Source: Coprobacillaceae bacterium | GTDB lineage: Bacteria > Bacillota_I > Bacilli_A > Erysipelotrichales > Coprobacillaceae | NCBI GenBank assembly: GCA_963675515.1 | Contig: OY776328.1 | Coordinates: 450,001 to 482,000, forward strand | Direction: 5' to 3' | DNA: 32,000 nucleotides | Part shown: in pieces, positions 1 to 9,446 of the stretch | Layout of the letters: every line of letters begins with the position of its first letter | How positions within the stretch are numbered: position 1 is the stretch's first letter | Notes under the pieces: generated by a model | The model's database searches: none | Told to the model about the DNA's origin: nothing | What the model saw: the letters and a program-made list of their open reading frames with translations, nothing else | Program-made: the position numbers and the translations under genes

Positions 1-324
1 ATGGAGCAGCTCATAAAGCTACCCGGGGTCGGACGGAAGACGGCCAACGTGATCCTGGTCGAGGGTTTCAAAATACCCGCCATACCGGTGGACACCCATG
101 TGACCCGGGTTTCGAAGCGGCTGGGGTTTGCCAAATGGGATGATGACGTGAACAAGATTGAAGCGAAGTTGAAAAGGTCGATACCCAAGGAACTCCAGGT
201 AAAGGCCCATTCACAGTTCATCTTCTTTGGTCGCTACTTCTGCAAGGCCCAGAATCCCTCGTGCGGGCAATGCCAGCTGTTCGACATGTGCAAGGATGAA
301 ATAAAATACAAGAAGCGAAAATAA
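1..324 (+). CDS. nth: Endonuclease III, C-terminal 107 aa; 5' end lies outside the window
   Basis: Helix-hairpin-helix LPGVGRKTANVIL and PVDTHV are present. The C-terminal 4Fe-4S loop is C-x6-C-x2-C-x5-C (CKAQNPSCGQCQLFDMC). The frame is open to the window edge and stops at TAA 322-324. Confidence 0.9.
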   Translation: MEQLIKLPGVGRKTANVILVEGFKIPAIPVDTHVTRVSKRLGFAKWDDDVNKIEAKLKRSIPKELQVKAHSQFIFFGRYFCKAQNPSCGQCQLFDMCKDEIKYKKRK

Positions 325-347
325 AGCCACCCCTCGGGGTGGCTTTA
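322..347. terminator. Bidirectional rho-independent terminator between convergent nth and ponA
   Basis: agccacccc(325-333)/ggggtggct(336-344) form a GC-rich hairpin. It is flanked by AAA on the left and TTT on the right and sits between the two stop codons (322-324 and 351-353). Confidence 0.8.
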
Positions 348-350
348 AGC

Positions 351-3032
351 TTACCATTGGTTGTTGCCTCTGTTGGAACCGGGGCTGACATAGACGATGA
401 TGTTCTTGGTGAACGAACCATAGCTGTCGCTTTCGGTGATTGTCACAGTGTAGGTGTCGGAACTCAATGAATCGACATACAATTCATTGGAAGTTGATGA
501 ACCGATAACCTCTCCGCTTGAATCGGTGATTTCAAGGAAGAAGGTCGAATCTTCAGTCTGGTTCTGGGTCTGGACATACAGGCTGCTTGAAGATGTCGTC
601 TCTCCACTTGTGAGCTTGTTGCCATCACTGTCGCGGATCGTGTAGACGATATCGCTGGTTATCGGTGATGAAATAGCGAGGTTCACGGTCAGCGTGTTTG
701 AAACGATTTCATTGTTGTTGGCGAATTTGTAGTAACCGACAACCGCAACGTTGTCGTTGACCACGTAATCTACTGTGGCGCTGTTTTGTTGGTAAGTGCC
801 GCTGTATACGAGTGTGTTGGAACTGTCGTAGACATCGACGCAATAAAGCAGTTCGCCATAGGCCGAGATGACATCCCCGATTGAAGAAGTGTCATAATTT
901 GTGAATGCTACATTGATTTTCTTGTCCGCGCTTAATTCAGCAGAGAACGAATCCAGTCTTTGAATGGTGAAATTACTGGGAATGTAGTATTCGGTTGGTT
1001 GAGTGCCTTCTTTGAAGTAAGCCGCGATGCCGTTGCTCGCCAGTTTGTATGGATATACTTCAGGGGCAATTTTGACTTTGATCACGCCATCAGGCTGGGC
1101 CGGATATGACTTGGCGCTTTCATGGCGGGCCAGGTATTTCTGGATCTGCCCGTTGACATATGCCGATTTGGCTTTGTAATCTGTTGTGTTCTTCCCTTGA
1201 AGAATACCCTCTTGCAAGAATCCCATCCAGATTGAAACAGTGTAGTTAGGCGAAGCCGAAGTCATCCAGATGTCCCTTGAAGTGTTAGGACGGACATTGG
1301 ACTGGTCGCTTGACCAGTTTGAAGTACCGGTCTTGGCGATGATGTTGCTAAGTCCGCTAAAATAGCCATAAGAGCTATAACCGGTCTTGACGTATTCGAG
1401 CATTACCTGACGGATGATGAAGGCGCTTTGGGCCGATATCGTCTGGCTGGCTTCTAGCTGGATCTGTTCATCGACCTTGATGACATTGCCATTTGATTCT
1501 TCGATATAGTTGATTGTGTGGCTTTCGACATTGACACCGTTGTTGGCGATGGTCGAATAGACGTTGCAAAGCTCGATTGGAGTCGTTCCGTCAGGCCAGC
1601 CACCGATCGCATAGACCGGAGAGATATCGGAAGGGTTGACCGCCGACATGTCGATACCCATCGCTTCGAGGTTGTCATAAACCTGCTGCCGGCCTACGGC
1701 TGCGATGACATCGTCCAGAGCCCAGATGGCTGAAAGGTTCCATGATTTCATGATGGCTTCAGGCATCAATACCGTACCATGTTGCTGGTTGTCCCAGTTT
1801 GACGGATTCCATGAACCGCCTTTGGTGTACGTCGTGTCGTTGGTTGGATGTTGCGAACACCAATCGAGATACTCAATCGCATTGGCATAAGCGATTACCG
1901 GTTTAAGTGACGAACCAGGCTGCTGTTTGACATTGGCCAGATTCAAGTCGCCGGTTAGGTAATCCCTGGAACCGATTGCGGCAACAAGCCGGCCATCAAG
2001 CGATGACTGGACCGCCCCGGCCATCTCCATGTCTTCATCGGAATAGTTGCTGTCGTTTGTCGCCTGCTCGTAGACGAATTTCTGGATGTCGGCATCCAGG
2101 AAGGTGTAGATGTTCATCTTTGATTCGCGAGGATCATTCCCGGTCCGTTCGATCACTTCCTGGGTGACGATATCGATATAGGCGTCAAGGTAAGTTCCGT
2201 TGCCAAGGGTTTCAGGTCGCTCAAGCATATTTTCGACCTTTACCAGCAAGGCATTGTCGTATTCAACCTGGGTGATGTAACCATGCATTTTCATCAGCGA
2301 AAGGATTGTATCCCTTCTTGCACTGGCCTGCTCGAGGTTGTTGTAAGGATCATAACGGTAAGGCTTGTTCAACGACCCCGCCAGCAATGCGGCTTCGGGA
2401 AGAGTAAGCTCTTTGCAACTCTTGTTGAAATAATATTTGCTGGCTGCCTCGATCCCGATTGATGATGTTGAATTCCCGAAGTAGATCTTGTTCAAATAAG
2501 CGGTAACTATCTCTTCTTTTGAAAGCTGCTGGGTCGCCTGATAGGCAAGATACATTTCCCCGAGCTTCCGTTCGATTGTCTCCTGTTCTTCAGGATAGAA
2601 AGATTTTTTCATCAGCTGCTGGGTGATGGTCGAACCGCCTCCGACGATGCCTCCGCCCCCAATGAATGAAACAATGTTTGAGAGCGCGACCATGAAAAGG
2701 CGCGGCAGGTCAAATCCCGGGTTGACGAAGAATCGTGAGTCTTCGGCAGCGACGATCGCATCGATCATGACCTGAGGAATGTCCTCATAAGTGACGTTCT
2801 GGCGTTTGCCGTCGGTATCGGAACCGTAAGTATAGATAAGATCACCGTTTTCGTCATATATCCGCGAAGGTTCGCTTGAACCGATTGTTTCAACGTTGAA
2901 TTCGGGGGCATTGGCGATTACCTGATAGCTAAACCAGCCCACCCCTACGAACGTGATCACGACAAGCGCAACCAGGCCGGTCATGGCAAGTCTGAAAATA
3001 TTTATTTTAGTTTTTCTTTTCTTTTTGGTCAT
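351..3032 (-). CDS. ponA: Class A penicillin-binding protein 1A (bifunctional glycosyltransferase/transpeptidase) with a long C-terminal extension
   Basis: 893 aa with an N-terminal TM anchor (LAMTGLVALVVITFVGV). GT51 motifs are EDSRFF, GGSTITQQL, RKLGEMYLA and KEEIVTAYLNKIYFG. Transpeptidase motifs are SxxK (SSLKP), SxN (SWN) and KTG (KTGTS). The ATG lies 1 nt after the recU stop with GGAGG inside the recU 3' end, the recU-ponA arrangement known from Bacillus subtilis. Confidence 0.93.
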   Translation of the reverse strand: MTKKKRKTKINIFRLAMTGLVALVVITFVGVGWFSYQVIANAPEFNVETIGSSEPSRIYDENGDLIYTYGSDTDGKRQNVTYEDIPQVMIDAIVAAEDSRFFVNPGFDLPRLFMVALSNIVSFIGGGGIVGGGSTITQQLMKKSFYPEEQETIERKLGEMYLAYQATQQLSKEEIVTAYLNKIYFGNSTSSIGIEAASKYYFNKSCKELTLPEAALLAGSLNKPYRYDPYNNLEQASARRDTILSLMKMHGYITQVEYDNALLVKVENMLERPETLGNGTYLDAYIDIVTQEVIERTGNDPRESKMNIYTFLDADIQKFVYEQATNDSNYSDEDMEMAGAVQSSLDGRLVAAIGSRDYLTGDLNLANVKQQPGSSLKPVIAYANAIEYLDWCSQHPTNDTTYTKGGSWNPSNWDNQQHGTVLMPEAIMKSWNLSAIWALDDVIAAVGRQQVYDNLEAMGIDMSAVNPSDISPVYAIGGWPDGTTPIELCNVYSTIANNGVNVESHTINYIEESNGNVIKVDEQIQLEASQTISAQSAFIIRQVMLEYVKTGYSSYGYFSGLSNIIAKTGTSNWSSDQSNVRPNTSRDIWMTSASPNYTVSIWMGFLQEGILQGKNTTDYKAKSAYVNGQIQKYLARHESAKSYPAQPDGVIKVKIAPEVYPYKLASNGIAAYFKEGTQPTEYYIPSNFTIQRLDSFSAELSADKKINVAFTNYDTSSIGDVISAYGELLYCVDVYDSSNTLVYSGTYQQNSATVDYVVNDNVAVVGYYKFANNNEIVSNTLTVNLAISSPITSDIVYTIRDSDGNKLTSGETTSSSSLYVQTQNQTEDSTFFLEITDSSGEVIGSSTSNELYVDSLSSDTYTVTITESDSYGSFTKNIIVYVSPGSNRGNNQW

Positions 3033-3033
3033 G

Positions 3034-3612
3034 TTAAACCTCCATATATATAGCTTCTACTGCTTTTAAATAATCCAATCGGGGCTGATATCCCTGACTG
3101 ATCAAAAACCCCTTCTGAGTGATTTGCTCATAGGTCACGTGCTTGATTGGGGAGTTTAGATACTTGTCGATCATATAGCTGCCGTCGACCAGATAAACTT
3201 CGTCATATTTGGTAAAAGCAATTATGATAAAGCCGATTCCGCCATGCTCGATTATCTGACGCAAATGTTCAATCTGATGGGGGTGAATATTGGTGAAAGG
3301 AAATGTGTCTTTTTGCGTCTCTTTGGCCTCGAAGTCGATATATCGGCCTTTGTAAACTCCGTTGTAATCGGTTGTCGATCTCCTTTGGAAGTAGCCCTCG
3401 ACTATCTTGGCTGCCGCCCGTTTGGGATAATCGACTTTGACGATCTGGATGGGAGTCGGTTTTTTATGTATTACAGCCTGATTGGTGCTTAGATAGTACT
3501 GGTTGGCAAGATTGATATCTTCTTCCAGACTCATGCCCCGATAGGCTGTGTTTATCTTCCCTGTCTGCTTCTTGACCGTTGTCATCTTGCGGCCATTGGG
3601 ATAGTTTACCAT
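3034..3612 (-). CDS. recU: Holliday-junction resolvase RecU
   Basis: RecU-like sequence: YRGMSLEEDINLANQYY, AVIHKKPTPIQIVKV, DYNGVYKGRYIDFEAKET. It sits directly upstream of ponA. I place the start at ATG 3612 (MVNYPNG..., AGGAGG 6 nt upstream) rather than the ORF-track start at 3636. Confidence 0.88.
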   Translation of the reverse strand: MVNYPNGRKMTTVKKQTGKINTAYRGMSLEEDINLANQYYLSTNQAVIHKKPTPIQIVKVDYPKRAAAKIVEGYFQRRSTTDYNGVYKGRYIDFEAKETQKDTFPFTNIHPHQIEHLRQIIEHGGIGFIIIAFTKYDEVYLVDGSYMIDKYLNSPIKHVTYEQITQKGFLISQGYQPRLDYLKAVEAIYMEV

Positions 3613-3767
3613 CAAAAACCTCCTTCGATTATACATTAATAGTTTGATTTTGTCATTATAAATTGACCTAATTCATTATACACTATCCCAACAGGAAAAT
3701 AAAGATGACATCATTATTAAAAAGTGGTAGTATTGTTGTAGAGGAAATTTTAAGAAGGGGTATAGTT

Positions 3768-4103
3768 ATGGAGAAAAAAATTCAGCTGACACCAAAGAAG
3801 ATTGAAGGCAAGGAATTCAAAATAGATTTCAAAGGGTATAATGCCGATGAAGTGGATCTGTTTTTGGATGTCGTGATGGAAGACTATGAACGCTTTGCGA
3901 GTCTGCTTTCCAAAGCCTTTGAAGAAATTGATGGATACAAGAGTCAGATTCAGGAACTCAATGAAAAAATCGAGCGCCTGGAAATGGAAAAGGCGCTTCA
4001 GGCCAAAAACATCGCCGTCATGGAAGAAAATGCGAACACCAATGTCGATATATTGAAACGGCTGTCGCTGTTGGAAAAAGCTGTTTTTTTCAACGAAAAA
4101 TAG
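3768..4103 (+). CDS. gpsB: Cell-cycle protein GpsB (DivIVA-domain protein)
   Basis: N-terminal DivIVA/GpsB domain: LTPKKIEGKEFKIDFKGYNADEVDLFLDVVMEDYE. A coiled coil follows. The GpsB-type C-terminus is NVDILKRLSLLEKAVF. Start chosen at ATG 3768 (MEKKIQ; purine-rich agaagggg upstream). It is adjacent to recU-ponA and rnpB, as in B. subtilis. Confidence 0.85.
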   Translation: MEKKIQLTPKKIEGKEFKIDFKGYNADEVDLFLDVVMEDYERFASLLSKAFEEIDGYKSQIQELNEKIERLEMEKALQAKNIAVMEENANTNVDILKRLSLLEKAVFFNEK

Positions 4104-4131
4104 TTGCATTATTGTACAAATTTGATATGAT
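4104..4131 (+). promoter_or_regulatory. Sigma-A-type promoter for rnpB
   Basis: -35 TTGCAT (4104-4109), 16-nt spacer, extended -10 TGaTATGAT (4123-4131). It sits about 6 nt upstream of the predicted 5' end of the RNase P RNA. Confidence 0.6.
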
Positions 4132-4136
4132 GGTAT

Positions 4137-4471
4137 TGCTCATTGGATGATTGCTGCTTGAAAAAGTAGAGGAAAGTCCAGGCTTCCACAGGCTGCGATG
4201 CCTGTAGTGTTTGTACTGCACGAACAAATAAGTGCAGGTAGTCGCAAGACTAACGACATGGCGAATACCTAAGGGCAACTATGGTAATCAGCCTTTAAAG
4301 TGCCACAGAAACTATTCTTGTTTGAAAAGACAAGCTGAAAAGAGGTAAACTCTGCAAGGAAGAAACCCAAATTTGGTAGGGGAACTGGCCCAAGGGAATT
4401 GAACCGAGGACCAGACGGTATGACCGTAGATAAATAATCATCTAAAACAGAACTTGGCTTACTAATGAGCA
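4137..4471 (+). ncRNA. rnpB: RNase P RNA (bacterial M1-type ribozyme, probably Firmicutes type B)
   Basis: Universally conserved GAGGAAAGTCC is at 4169-4179, GTGCCACAGAAA at 4300-4311 and ACAGAACTTGGCTTAC at 4447-4462. A P1-like terminal pairing joins tgctcatt (4137-4144) to aatgagca (4464-4471). The position next to gpsB matches Bacillus. Exact ends are +/- a few nt. Confidence 0.9.
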
Positions 4472-4478
4472 TTAATAT

Positions 4479-4509
4479 AGTTATCTTTCATGAGGTAACT
4501 TTTTATTTT
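4479..4509 (+). terminator. Weak terminator-like hairpin after rnpB
   Basis: agttat/gtaact is a 6-bp stem (one G-U) with a 10-nt loop, followed by ttttatttt. Confidence 0.35.
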
Positions 4510-4564
4510 GAAAAAATATTTGATTAAACAAAGATAATTTGCGAAAGGCTCTTGTTATTGTCCT

Positions 4565-4592
4565 TTCAAAATCGAATGTTTTTTGATATAAT
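4565..4592 (+). promoter_or_regulatory. Sigma-A-type promoter of the rodZ-pgsA-cinA-recA cluster
   Basis: -35 TTCAAA (4565-4570), 16-nt spacer, extended -10 TGaTATAAT (4584-4592). GGAGG at 4611-4615 precedes the ATG at 4621. Confidence 0.6.
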
Positions 4593-4620
4593 GGTGTGGA
4601 TTTTAAAATTGGAGGAAAAT

Positions 4621-5619
4621 ATGATTGAGACAATCGGAGCTACATTGAAGCAAGCCCGGGTTACAGGCGGTTTGACAATGGATGAAGTAAGCAAGGCGAC
4701 ACACATTTCAAAGACAATCATTCGTGATATTGAAGCTGAAAAGTTTGAGAAATATCGGCGTGATGAACTATATATAAAAAATTACATCAAGCGACTGGCA
4801 AACTATTATAAACTTGACGAGCGGGAGTTGCTTGATTCCTATCTTGGTATTACCCAGGAAATATCATTGAGCGAGGTCAAGAAAAAAGAGGAATTGGAAA
4901 AAAACCGGGAGAAGGAAAGTGAAAACAGCACCATCTCAACCAATATCAATGACACTCTCACCGAGATGAAAAAAGCGTCAACAATAAAAAAACAAAACCG
5001 CAACCGCCGTGTCTATCGCAACAACCAGATCCGCGACAATCTAAGATACCTGGTGATTGTGATTGTGGTCATACTGCTGATTGTGGCGATCTTCTTTGGA
5101 GTTTCCAAGCTGTCATCCAAAACGGCGGACACCAACTTCGACAACGTCGCCCAACCGGTAATCGTGGACAACTCCGATACGACAAGCGACAGTGGCGACA
5201 CCGTTGACCAGACCCAGACCCCTGATCAGACTGTTGATCAGACCCCTGAGCCAGAGCAAACTGTCGAGTATGTAAAAAATAGCGCCTTGAACTACACCAT
5301 CAAGCTTCCAGAAGGAACTGAGTCATTCACTTTCAAGGTTGTTTTTGTGGGTCGGACCTGGGCTGCACTTAGCGTCAATGGGGCAAACTACAGCGACTTC
5401 GCCCAGACGATATACAACAATGACAACACAAGCAACGATCTTAGTGACGAGGGCGAACCGGTTGAGATAACGTTCAACACTGCCGATTTCAACGAACTCA
5501 ATCTGCGACTTGGTTACTCGCAAGGTCATAAGTTCTTCGTAAACGACGTTGAATTGCCGATTGACCAATCGGACTACAACGATTCGACCGCAAACTTTAT
5601 ATTGACTTTGGAGAAATAA
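4621..5619 (+). CDS. rodZ: RodZ-like cytoskeleton/cell-shape protein (HTH + TM + C-terminal beta domain)
   Basis: N-terminal Cro/C1-type HTH (TLKQARVTGGLTMDEVSKATHISKTIIRDIE). There is a single TM (YLVIVIVVILLIVAIFFGV), an acidic T/D/Q/P-rich linker and a C-terminal domain. It sits upstream of pgsA like B. subtilis ymfM. The start is moved to ATG 4621 because the promoter lies inside the ORF-track 4552 start. Confidence 0.75.
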   Translation: MIETIGATLKQARVTGGLTMDEVSKATHISKTIIRDIEAEKFEKYRRDELYIKNYIKRLANYYKLDERELLDSYLGITQEISLSEVKKKEELEKNREKESENSTISTNINDTLTEMKKASTIKKQNRNRRVYRNNQIRDNLRYLVIVIVVILLIVAIFFGVSKLSSKTADTNFDNVAQPVIVDNSDTTSDSGDTVDQTQTPDQTVDQTPEPEQTVEYVKNSALNYTIKLPEGTESFTFKVVFVGRTWAALSVNGANYSDFAQTIYNNDNTSNDLSDEGEPVEITFNTADFNELNLRLGYSQGHKFFVNDVELPIDQSDYNDSTANFILTLEK

Positions 5620-5620
5620 A

Positions 5621-6202
5621 ATGAATTTACCTAACAAACTTACAATGCTGCGGATCACCATGATTCCATTGATTGTGGCAATTTACTTTTCGCCACTCAA
5701 TAATCTGGCTGATATCACCGTATTCAACAGCACAATCAGCGTGGTCGACATCCTTGTGTTGGTCATCTTCGGAGCGGCTTCGTTCACCGATTATCTTGAT
5801 GGCATGATCGCCCGCCGCGACAACCTGATCACGACTTTTGGGAAGTTCGCAGATCCCATCGCGGACAAACTGCTTGTCAACACCTTGTTGCTGCTTCTGG
5901 CCGGGGAACACACCATCCATATCCTTATCCCGATCATCATGATCTCGAGGGACATGATCGTCGATGCGATCCGGCTGGTGGCTTCATCGAGCAACCGGGT
6001 CATTGCCGCAAGTTACTGGGGCAAATTGAAGACAGTGACTCAGATGGTGGCGATAATCCTGCTGCTGGGGCGCAATATTCCATTCTCGATGTTAAATATC
6101 CGCGTCGATTTGGCGATGATCCTGGTGGCGACAGTTGTTTCGCTTATCAGCGGGGTTGATTACTTCATGAAAAACAAAGACATCATAATGGAGTCGATCT
6201 GA
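5621..6202 (+). CDS. pgsA: CDP-diacylglycerol--glycerol-3-phosphate 3-phosphatidyltransferase
   Basis: CDP-alcohol phosphatidyltransferase motif DYLDGMIARRDNLITTFGKFADPIADK. It is a multi-TM 193-aa protein. The ATG is 1 nt after the rodZ stop. Confidence 0.92.
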   Translation: MNLPNKLTMLRITMIPLIVAIYFSPLNNLADITVFNSTISVVDILVLVIFGAASFTDYLDGMIARRDNLITTFGKFADPIADKLLVNTLLLLLAGEHTIHILIPIIMISRDMIVDAIRLVASSSNRVIAASYWGKLKTVTQMVAIILLLGRNIPFSMLNIRVDLAMILVATVVSLISGVDYFMKNKDIIMESI

Positions 6203-6654
6203 TGGAAGAACTTGCAAATCTGCTTATCGCGAGAAATCTTTCCATCGCTTCGGTCGAGTCATTCACCGTTGGCAACTTTGGCGCAAGCCTAGGCATGGTG
6301 CCTGGCGTGTCGAAGGTTTATAAAGGGACATTAGTCTGTTATCAAAACGACATCAAGGAAAGACTGGCGGGAATCGAAAGCGACACAATCGCCAAATATG
6401 GCGTTGTTTCCAAAGAGGTTGCCGGCTTGCTGGCGATAAGCGGACAAACCCTTTTTTCCAGCGACATCACAGTAAGCTTCACCGGCAATGCCGGGCCCGA
6501 TGTCATGGAAGACAAAGAACCGGGACTGGTCTACATCGGAATCAAGATGGAACAAGTGAATGTTTATGAATTGAAGCTCGAAGGCGATCGCCGTTCGGTT
6601 ATCTTCCAGGCAGTCGAGTTTGCAGTTAAAAAAATACTGGAAAACTTAAAGTAA
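6202..6654 (+). CDS. cinA: CinA-family protein, C-terminal (PncC-like nicotinamide-nucleotide amidohydrolase) domain only
   Basis: 150 aa with the CinA C-domain signature (SIASVESFTVGNFGASL, SFTGNAGP). The start overlaps the pgsA stop (TGATG). It sits immediately upstream of recA as in Bacillus. It lacks the N-terminal MoCF-type domain of full-length CinA. Confidence 0.85.
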   Translation: MEELANLLIARNLSIASVESFTVGNFGASLGMVPGVSKVYKGTLVCYQNDIKERLAGIESDTIAKYGVVSKEVAGLLAISGQTLFSSDITVSFTGNAGPDVMEDKEPGLVYIGIKMEQVNVYELKLEGDRRSVIFQAVEFAVKKILENLK

Positions 6655-6695
6655 AAGTCATCGCATCGAGGTAAGTACTTTTAGGAGGCGCTATC

Positions 6696-7715
6696 ATGGT
6701 AAAAAAAAGCGATATAAACAACGAAGATAAAGAAAAAGCATTAAATGAAGCAATCAGGCAGTTGGAAAAGCAGTACGGCAAAGGGGCGGTAATGCGCTTG
6801 GGTGAAAGAACCAGCGTGGAAGTTGATGTTATTCCTTCGGGTTCGCTGACCCTTGACATAGCCCTGGGCATCGGCGGCTATCCTAAAGGCCGGATTGTCG
6901 AAATCTACGGACCGGAATCTTCAGGAAAGACGACCTTGACCCTTCATGCGATTGCGGAAGTCCAAAAGCAAGGTGGACGGGCGGCTTTCATCGATGCCGA
7001 ACATGCGATCGATCCCGTTTACGCGCGTAACCTGGGAGTAAATATTGACGAGCTGATCCTGGCCCAGCCTGACAGCGGTGAGCAGGGTCTGGAAATTGCC
7101 GAAACGCTGGTCCGTTCGGGGGCGATTGATCTTGTGGTTGTTGACTCGGTGGCCGCGCTCGTGCCTCAGGTCGAAATCGACGGTGAAATGGGCGACAGCC
7201 AGATGGGGCTGCAGGCCCGCTTGATGTCGAAAGCATTGCGCAAGCTATCGCCGGTCATAAACAAATCCGAATGCACGATAATTTTCATCAACCAGCTCCG
7301 TGAAAAGATCGGAGTCATGTTCGGAAATCCGGAGACGACCACCGGCGGTCGGGCGCTGAAGTTCTACTCTTCCATCAGGATTGAAATCCGCCGTTCCGAA
7401 GCCATCAAACAGGGCGTCGACGTCGTGGGCAACAAGGTCAACATCAAAGTTGTCAAGAACAAGGTGTCCCCACCGTTCAAGGCGACGCAGGTTGATATCA
7501 TTTACGGAAAAGGAATTTGTCGCACCGGCGAAGTTCTAGATCTTGCGGTAACCAAGGATATCGTTGACAAGGCGGGAGCCTGGTATGCCTACAACGGCGA
7601 CAAAATAGGACAGGGTCGGGAAAATTCTAAAACTTTCCTTGATACCCATCCGGAGGTCATGGCCGAGATCACCGATAAGATTTTAACCAGTTTAAAACAG
7701 GAAAAAGTCGAATAA
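6696..7715 (+). CDS. recA: Recombinase RecA
   Basis: Unmistakable RecA sequence with Walker [10 protein letters not shown]. Other conserved blocks are [11 protein letters not shown]-type ([11 protein letters not shown]) and [38 protein letters not shown] lies upstream. Confidence 0.98.
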   Translation: MVKKSDINNEDKEKALNEAIRQLEKQYGKGAVMRLGERTSVEVDVIPSGSLTLDIALGIGGYPKGRIVEIYGPESSGKTTLTLHAIAEVQKQGGRAAFIDAEHAIDPVYARNLGVNIDELILAQPDSGEQGLEIAETLVRSGAIDLVVVDSVAALVPQVEIDGEMGDSQMGLQARLMSKALRKLSPVINKSECTIIFINQLREKIGVMFGNPETTTGGRALKFYSSIRIEIRRSEAIKQGVDVVGNKVNIKVVKNKVSPPFKATQVDIIYGKGICRTGEVLDLAVTKDIVDKAGAWYAYNGDKIGQGRENSKTFLDTHPEVMAEITDKILTSLKQEKVE

Positions 7716-7721
7716 TCAGCT

Positions 7722-7763
7722 AGCCAGTTTTCCTTGAAAAGGGGTCGGACTGGCTTTTGTTTT
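7722..7763 (+). terminator. Rho-independent terminator after recA
   Basis: The outer stem is agccagt (7722-7728)/actggct (7749-7755). It has an inner cctt/aagg extension and is followed by tttgtttt. Confidence 0.6.
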
Positions 7764-7795
7764 GCCGGAAGCACTTACAAAGTGCGTAGATGCTA

Positions 7796-7824
7796 TTGTA
7801 CATTTTCTAAAAATTTGGTATAAT
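7796..7824 (+). promoter_or_regulatory. Sigma-A-type promoter of rny
   Basis: -35 TTGTAC (7796-7801), 17-nt spacer, extended -10 TGgTATAAT (7816-7824). Confidence 0.6.
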
Positions 7825-7866
7825 ATATTAGTGTTTAAAAACACACCAGGAAAATAGGAGGCAGTT

Positions 7867-9423
7867 ATGCAAGGTTTAGACTTTATAACTATTATGTCCT
7901 ATGTTCTAGCAGTTGCAGCGGGTTATTTGGTTTATTATATCCAGGATAAAATGCGAATAACCAAAGCGAAAGCTAATGCCCAAAAAATAATTGAAGATGC
8001 GCAGCGCAAGGCGGAAAACATTATCAAAGAAGCCAGCGTTGATGCGAAAAGCCAGGTTTACGAACTGAAACTGGCTGCCGAAAAAGAAATAAAAGAGAGT
8101 AAAGGCGAAATAGCTAAACTTGAAAGAGATCTACGTCAAAGAGAAAAAGGTATTGAAAAACGTGACGCCCAGCTGATGGGCAAGGAAGAGTCGATGAACC
8201 GCCGCGTCAGCCAGTTGGACAAACGTGAGCAGGGATTGGAAGTTCTTGAAGAAAGGCTGCAGGAAAAAATCGATGCTAAGATTGTCGAACTTGAAAAAGT
8301 GGCGGCGATGACCGCATCGGAAGCTAAAGAGGCCCTGTTTAGACAAGTGGAACAGGAAACTGCCAAAGAAATGACAGCCTACATCAAGGAACAGGAAGAA
8401 GAAGCGCAAAACAAGGCCAATTTGAAAGCCAGAGAAGTTATCGCCAATGCATTGGATCGATATGCCCAGGAGATGGTGGTGGAACGCACTGTTGCCACAG
8501 TTGCTTTGCCATCGGAAGAGATGAAAGGTCGCATTATCGGTCGTGAAGGCCGCAATATCAAAGCGATCGAGCAGGCAACCGGGGCCGATTTGATTATCGA
8601 TGACACGCCAGAAGCGATCACTATTTCATGTTTTGACCCTGTCCGCCGTGAAGTGGCACGTTTATCCTTAGAAAAACTGATCAAGGATGGTCGGATTCAG
8701 CCAGGAAGAATTGAGGAAGTAGTTTCGAAAACCCAAAAGGAACTAGACGATGTGATTCGCCAGGCCGGAGAAGATGCCATTTTTGAATTGGGAATCTCAA
8801 AAATTGACAAAGAAATTATCAGAACTATTGGTAAATTGAAGTACCGGACAAGCTATGGTCAAAACGCTTTGGCCCATTCGCTTGAAGTAGCCCATTTATC
8901 TGGAATAATGGCTGCCGAACTCGGACTTAACCAACAGTTGGCTAGAAGAGCAGGGCTTTTACACGATATAGGTAAAGGGCTTGATCATGAAATGGAAGGA
9001 AGTCACGTCGAACTGGGATACAAATTCGCCAAAAAACACGGTGAAAAAGATATTGTCCTGAACTCGATCGAATCCCACCATGGTGACACCCAAGCTACCT
9101 CTATTATTTCAATTATTGTTGGTGCTGCAGACACATTAAGTGCCGCTAGACCAGGAGCTCGTAGTGAAACGATTGAAAACTATATTCAACGTTTGGAAAA
9201 ATTGGAAAAAATCGCAAGCGATTTCGAAGGAGTAGACCGCGTCTTTGCCATTCAGGCAGGCCGTGAAGTTCGCATTATCGTCAAACCCGACCGGGTAGAT
9301 GATTTGAAAGCTCACCAGATCGCCCGCGATGTGAAGAAAAAAATCGAAGATGAACTTACTTATCCAGGCCAAATCAAGGTTACGGTAATTCGTGAAATTC
9401 GTGCTAATGAAATAGCTAAATAA
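7867..9423 (+). CDS. rny: Ribonuclease Y
   Basis: It has an N-terminal TM helix and a long charged coiled coil. The KH domain is [15 protein letters not shown] and the HD domain is LLHDIGK...ESHHGD. At 518 aa it matches typical RNase Y length and sits between recA and ymdB as in B. subtilis. Confidence 0.96.
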   Translation: MQGLDFITIMSYVLAVAAGYLVYYIQDKMRITKAKANAQKIIEDAQRKAENIIKEASVDAKSQVYELKLAAEKEIKESKGEIAKLERDLRQREKGIEKRDAQLMGKEESMNRRVSQLDKREQGLEVLEERLQEKIDAKIVELEKVAAMTASEAKEALFRQVEQETAKEMTAYIKEQEEEAQNKANLKAREVIANALDRYAQEMVVERTVATVALPSEEMKGRIIGREGRNIKAIEQATGADLIIDDTPEAITISCFDPVRREVARLSLEKLIKDGRIQPGRIEEVVSKTQKELDDVIRQAGEDAIFELGISKIDKEIIRTIGKLKYRTSYGQNALAHSLEVAHLSGIMAAELGLNQQLARRAGLLHDIGKGLDHEMEGSHVELGYKFAKKHGEKDIVLNSIESHHGDTQATSIISIIVGAADTLSAARPGARSETIENYIQRLEKLEKIASDFEGVDRVFAIQAGREVRIIVKPDRVDDLKAHQIARDVKKKIEDELTYPGQIKVTVIREIRANEIAK

Positions 9424-9446
9424 GATAGGGGACTCCCCTATCTTTT
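9424..9446 (+). terminator. Hairpin with a short T-tract between rny and ymdB (terminator/attenuator)
   Basis: gatagggg (9424-9431) / cccctatc (9435-9442) is a perfect 8-bp stem with a 3-nt loop. It is followed by only TTTT. The ymdB RBS GGAGG follows at 9455-9459. Confidence 0.55.

Noticed and set aside
3613-3636. Longer ORF-track starts for recU (3636), gpsB (3705), rodZ (4552), the 78-aa gene (12564), miaB (12864), the membrane partner (17026), the PRD regulator (19491) and the PNPOx-like gene (26519)
   Set aside because: In each case an internal start has a well-spaced Shine-Dalgarno sequence and matches the homologous N-terminus. The longer extension either overlaps a promoter or terminator or adds non-homologous residues.
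4090-4472. Two minus-strand ORFs (62 aa and 67 aa) from the ORF track
   Set aside because: They lie antisense to a sequence with all the hallmark motifs of RNase P RNA. They have no RBS and no recognisable protein features.
5160-5270. Short imperfect DNA repeats (gaccagacc / gatcagac units) in rodZ
   Set aside because: They encode the low-complexity T/D/Q/P linker of the protein. They are in-frame, irregular, and not a CRISPR or a structured tandem array.
6545-6575. GAACAAGTGAATGTTT as a possible LexA/Cheo box near the end of cinA
   Set aside because: The second half-site is GAAT, not GTTC. It lies inside coding sequence with no promoter.
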